NCBI GenBank assembly: GCA_963753345.1
Contig: CAVWBU010000041.1
Span: forward strand, 32,001-96,000
DNA length: 64,000 bases
Source of the DNA: an uncultured Fibrobacterota bacterium
GTDB lineage: Bacteria > Fibrobacterota > Chitinivibrionia > Chitinivibrionales > FEN-1185
Direction of reading: 5' to 3'
Below the pieces are notes generated by a model, which did no database searches, had not been told where the DNA came from, and saw only the letters and a program-made list of their open reading frames with translations. Positions 60,951 through 64,000 of this stretch are shown piece by piece. Made by a program: the position numbers and the translations under genes. How positions within the stretch are numbered: position 1 is the first letter of the stretch; each line of letters opens with the position of its first letter.

Positions 60951-61722
60951 ATAATCTTGATATCGAAAATCCCCCGTCCACATTCACCACCTGCCCGGTC
61001 GAATACCCTATGTCGCCGCGCGCCATCATTGCGGCGCATTTCGCAATGTCTTCGGGCATGCCCCAGCGCTTCTGCAGCAGGACCCCTTCGGCGATGAGCT
61101 TGTCGTACTTCTCCTTGACCACCGACGTCATATCGGTCATGATGATGCCGGGCCGTATCTCGTACACAGGAATATCTTCCTGGGCAAGGCGCACGGCCCA
61201 CAGCTTTGTGGCCATGCTCACGCCCGCCTTGGAGACGCAGTACTCGCCCCTGCTGATGGACGCGGTCTCCGCCGACGTCGACGATATGTTGATGATGCAG
61301 CCGCTCCACGACTTGTCCGCTTTCTTCTGCTCGATCATCCAGCGGGCCGCATGCTGCGTGAGGAAATACGGACCCTGCAGGTTGATCCGCATGACGCGCT
61401 CCCAGCTCTCTTCCGTTGCGTCAAGCACGTCAGCGCGCACCTTGGGGGCCACGCCCGCGTTGTTGACCAGCACGTTGAGCCCGCCCATGGTTTTTCTTAT
61501 TGCGTCAAGCGTGTTGCTCCTGTCGAGGGCGCTGCTCACGTCGCCCATCCAGTACAGGACCTTCGCGCCCGCGGCCTTGAGCGCGGCCATGTTCTTTGCG
61601 ACATCGTCCTGCGGCAGCACGTCGAACACCGCGACATCGTATCCTTCCATAGCGAACTGCCGGGCGATGGCAAAGCCTATGCCCCGCCCCGCGCCGGTGA
61701 CGAGGACTGTTTTTTTCTTCAT
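60949..61722 (-). CDS. Short-chain dehydrogenase/reductase (sugar-acid-type; often labelled 3-ketoacyl-ACP reductase)
   Basis: TGAGRGIG, NNAG, YCVSK, RPGII.TDMT. Confidence 0.88.
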   Translation of the reverse strand: MKKKTVLVTGAGRGIGFAIARQFAMEGYDVAVFDVLPQDDVAKNMAALKAAGAKVLYWMGDVSSALDRSNTLDAIRKTMGGLNVLVNNAGVAPKVRADVLDATEESWERVMRINLQGPYFLTQHAARWMIEQKKADKSWSGCIINISSTSAETASISRGEYCVSKAGVSMATKLWAVRLAQEDIPVYEIRPGIIMTDMTSVVKEKYDKLIAEGVLLQKRWGMPEDIAKCAAMMARGDIGYSTGQVVNVDGGFSISRL

Positions 61723-61732
61723 AGCAGGCTCC

Positions 61733-64000
61733 TTATCCCTTTAAGAACGCATCCACGCTTTCCGCGGCTTTCATGCCCTCGATAACGCCACGGACCGCGG
61801 TTTCGCCGCCGTTCACACAGTCGCCCGCGGCGAACACGCCCTTCACGTTTGTGGCAAAGGTGACCGGGTCGGCCGCGATGAGTTTGTCCTTGGTGATTGC
61901 CACGTCGCCCAGCGATCCCGCGACCTCGCTCGAAAGCTTCTGGCCTGTCGCTTCAATCACAAAGCCCGCTTCGAGAATGCTCTCGCTGCCGGGCACCGGC
62001 TCAGGCCTGCGCCTGCCGGAAGCATCGGGCTCGCCGAGCATTGTCCTCACCACCCTGAGCCCTTTCAGTTTCCCGTTGTCAATTACATAGCCCGCCGGCT
62101 GGGTGAGGATCATGAGGTGCACGCCCGCCTCGAGCAGGCCGTCGCGCTCGCCTTTCCATGCGGGCATCTGGCCGAATGACCTGCGATAGATAAGGTATAC
62201 GTCCCGGACGCCGAGTTTTTTCGCGGTCATCGCCGCGTCGATGGCCGTGTTTCCGCCGCCGATCACCGCCACGTTGTCCGGAAGTTCCGGCGGATTGCCT
62301 TTTTTCGCCTGCGACAGGAACGACAGCGCATCGATCACGCCGTCGCGCTTCTCGCCGCCGGCATCGAGACCCATCGCAAGGACCAGGGCATCGTGCCTGT
62401 TGCGCAGGTCGTCGAGCTTCTCCTGCGCGCCCAGAGAGTGGTTGACAAGGACTATGCAGCGCTTTTTGTCAATAGCGGGCCTGAGGACGGCGTTCACTTC
62501 GTCCGTTGCATCGCCGAACCGGTGCAGCGGGATGATGTTCGACGGCGTTCCGCCGAGCGTGCCGGTTTTCTCATATATGGTTACCGAATGCCCTGCTTCA
62601 ATAAGCCGGATTGCGCAGGAAATCCCGGCCGGTCCGCCGCCCACGATGCCCACCGACCTGCCGGAGGATTTTTCCGGAACGTCAACGCCGGTTATTCCCT
62701 GGAACCGTGCCGTTTGTGCGACCACAAGCTGTATGTCGGCGACCGATACCGGGTTGAGGCAGAAGATTTTTTCGAGGCATCCTCCCTCGCATTGCTCCTC
62801 GGCAGGGCACACCGACGCGCACATTTCGGGAAGCACGTTCGACCGGCGCAGGATGCGATAGGCTTCCCGGATGTCATTGCGCAAGAACGCCTGGATGAAC
62901 CCCGGGACGTCCACGTGGGCGGGGCACGCCTCAGCGCATGTGGGCTGCGTGCAGTTGCGGCAACGGGACGCCTCGGAAAGGAGGCGGTCGGGCGAAAACC
63001 GGCGCGCCTGGCGGTATTCCGGTCCGTAAACCTCCTTGTCGCGCACCACGCAGCCGGTGCGGCCGCCGTCGCGCATGATCTGGGTGCAGGCCGAACAGGT
63101 GACGCAGCATTTAGCCGGATCCATCGCGCCCTTGGTGAGAATGTCGTTCACCGAATCCGGATACGCGAACATTCCTCTGCCCTGTCCGACAAGCGTCGCG
63201 CTCCCCTCGCGCACAAGGGCTGCGGCGACAGGCGGCATGAATTCCCTGAGCCAGCCCAGACCCGAGCCCACCACGGGAAGCGCAGGGTATTTCTTCTGGA
63301 TGGCACTGTAGACCTCGATGAACCGCACCAGTCCGAAAAGCGGATGCTCGTCGGGCGCCTCGATTCCCTTGATGGGAAAATCGTAGGGCCTGCCCACGTG
63401 CGGATTGAAGTAGGGATTGCCTATCGAAACGTTGAGCGCCGAAATCCCGATCTTTTCGAGCAGGCGCACAAGCTCCAGCGGTTCGGCAAGGTCGGGTTTG
63501 AGAAAATCGTTTTTGTCAACGCCCCATCCGTACGGATACCGGTACGCGTCGAACGCGTTGAGGCGCGTGGCGACGAACACCTGCGGGACCTCCTGCGAGA
63601 TCCTTGCGAGCGTTTCGCGCAGCATGCGCGTGCGGTTTTCAAAGGAGCCGCCGTACCTTCCCTCCCGCGTGTAGCAAGCGAGCATTTCTGAAAACAGGTA
63701 CCCGTGACAGCTCTTGACATCCACGCCGTCAAAGCCCGCGGCGGCGGCAAGCCTGGCGGCCTCAACGTAGCGGTCCTGCAGTCTGTCGAGATACTCGTCG
63801 GTCACCAGAGGATAATCCGGCCCGAGGTTGTGGCGTGAGTCCAGGACGTCGCTGTGGTGCGCGATAATGGGCGCAGGCACCCCCGCGGGCTTGCTGTACC
63901 GCCCGGAGTGGGTGAGCTGCATCACCATCACCGCGTCGCGGCCGCAGGCGCGTCTCGCCGCCTCCTTGACATCTGCAACAAGACGCTTGAACGAATCGGC
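61733..64000 (-). CDS. Old-yellow-enzyme flavin oxidoreductase fused to a GltD/PreT-like Fe-S flavoprotein (5' partial)
   Basis: QLTHSGR, DVKSCHGYL, YGGSFENR, CVTCSAC; then EASRCRNC..P.C...CP, GGGPAG, GGGNTAID, FAAGD. The frame stays open to the window end. Confidence 0.88.
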   Translation of the reverse strand, partial: ADSFKRLVADVKEAARRACGRDAVMVMQLTHSGRYSKPAGVPAPIIAHHSDVLDSRHNLGPDYPLVTDEYLDRLQDRYVEAARLAAAAGFDGVDVKSCHGYLFSEMLACYTREGRYGGSFENRTRMLRETLARISQEVPQVFVATRLNAFDAYRYPYGWGVDKNDFLKPDLAEPLELVRLLEKIGISALNVSIGNPYFNPHVGRPYDFPIKGIEAPDEHPLFGLVRFIEVYSAIQKKYPALPVVGSGLGWLREFMPPVAAALVREGSATLVGQGRGMFAYPDSVNDILTKGAMDPAKCCVTCSACTQIMRDGGRTGCVVRDKEVYGPEYRQARRFSPDRLLSEASRCRNCTQPTCAEACPAHVDVPGFIQAFLRNDIREAYRILRRSNVLPEMCASVCPAEEQCEGGCLEKIFCLNPVSVADIQLVVAQTARFQGITGVDVPEKSSGRSVGIVGGGPAGISCAIRLIEAGHSVTIYEKTGTLGGTPSNIIPLHRFGDATDEVNAVLRPAIDKKRCIVLVNHSLGAQEKLDDLRNRHDALVLAMGLDAGGEKRDGVIDALSFLSQAKKGNPPELPDNVAVIGGGNTAIDAAMTAKKLGVRDVYLIYRRSFGQMPAWKGERDGLLEAGVHLMILTQPAGYVIDNGKLKGLRVVRTMLGEPDASGRRRPEPVPGSESILEAGFVIEATGQKLSSEVAGSLGDVAITKDKLIAADPVTFATNVKGVFAAGDCVNGGETAVRGVIEGMKAAESVDAFLKG

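Noticed and set aside
60949-61722. fabG assignment
   Set aside because: The context is sugar-acid catabolism with no fatty-acid genes, and the YCVSK/RPGII motifs fit a different SDR subfamily.

Overview
GC-rich bacterial chromosomal window, most likely Fibrobacterota (Chitinivibrionia/Chitinispirillia-like). This is inferred from a TIGR02147-type gene coupled to a lipoprotein, many secreted proteins with T9SS-like C-terminal tails, and a TATATT promoter motif. 0-17 kb is housekeeping: NlpC/P60, pheA, nadK-recN, a yeast-type chorismate mutase-tyrA-aroA-like operon whose AroA has lost its catalytic motifs, a probable DUF1573 selenoprotein (UGA plus SECIS-like hairpin), radical SAM, Smr and Fe-SOD. 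It also holds five copies of a structured intergenic repeat. 23-47 kb is a SusC/D-free polysaccharide locus: two outer-membrane barrels, two SGNH/CE6-like esterases, eight tandem BNR beta-propeller (lyase-like) paralogs and a GH105/GH88. 50-56.5 kb is an operon joining a Tat-exported group 1 [NiFe] hydrogenase to an outer-membrane barrel, a 10-heme cytochrome and a 6-heme lipoprotein cytochrome, a candidate H2-linked porin-cytochrome conduit. 56.6-64 kb is a KDG catabolic cluster (kdgK, eda) with three poorly characterised oxidoreductases. Five genes carry frameshifts that are probably sequencing or assembly errors. No rRNA, tRNA, CRISPR array or transposase was recognised. All family assignments come from motif recognition by eye; no database searches were run.
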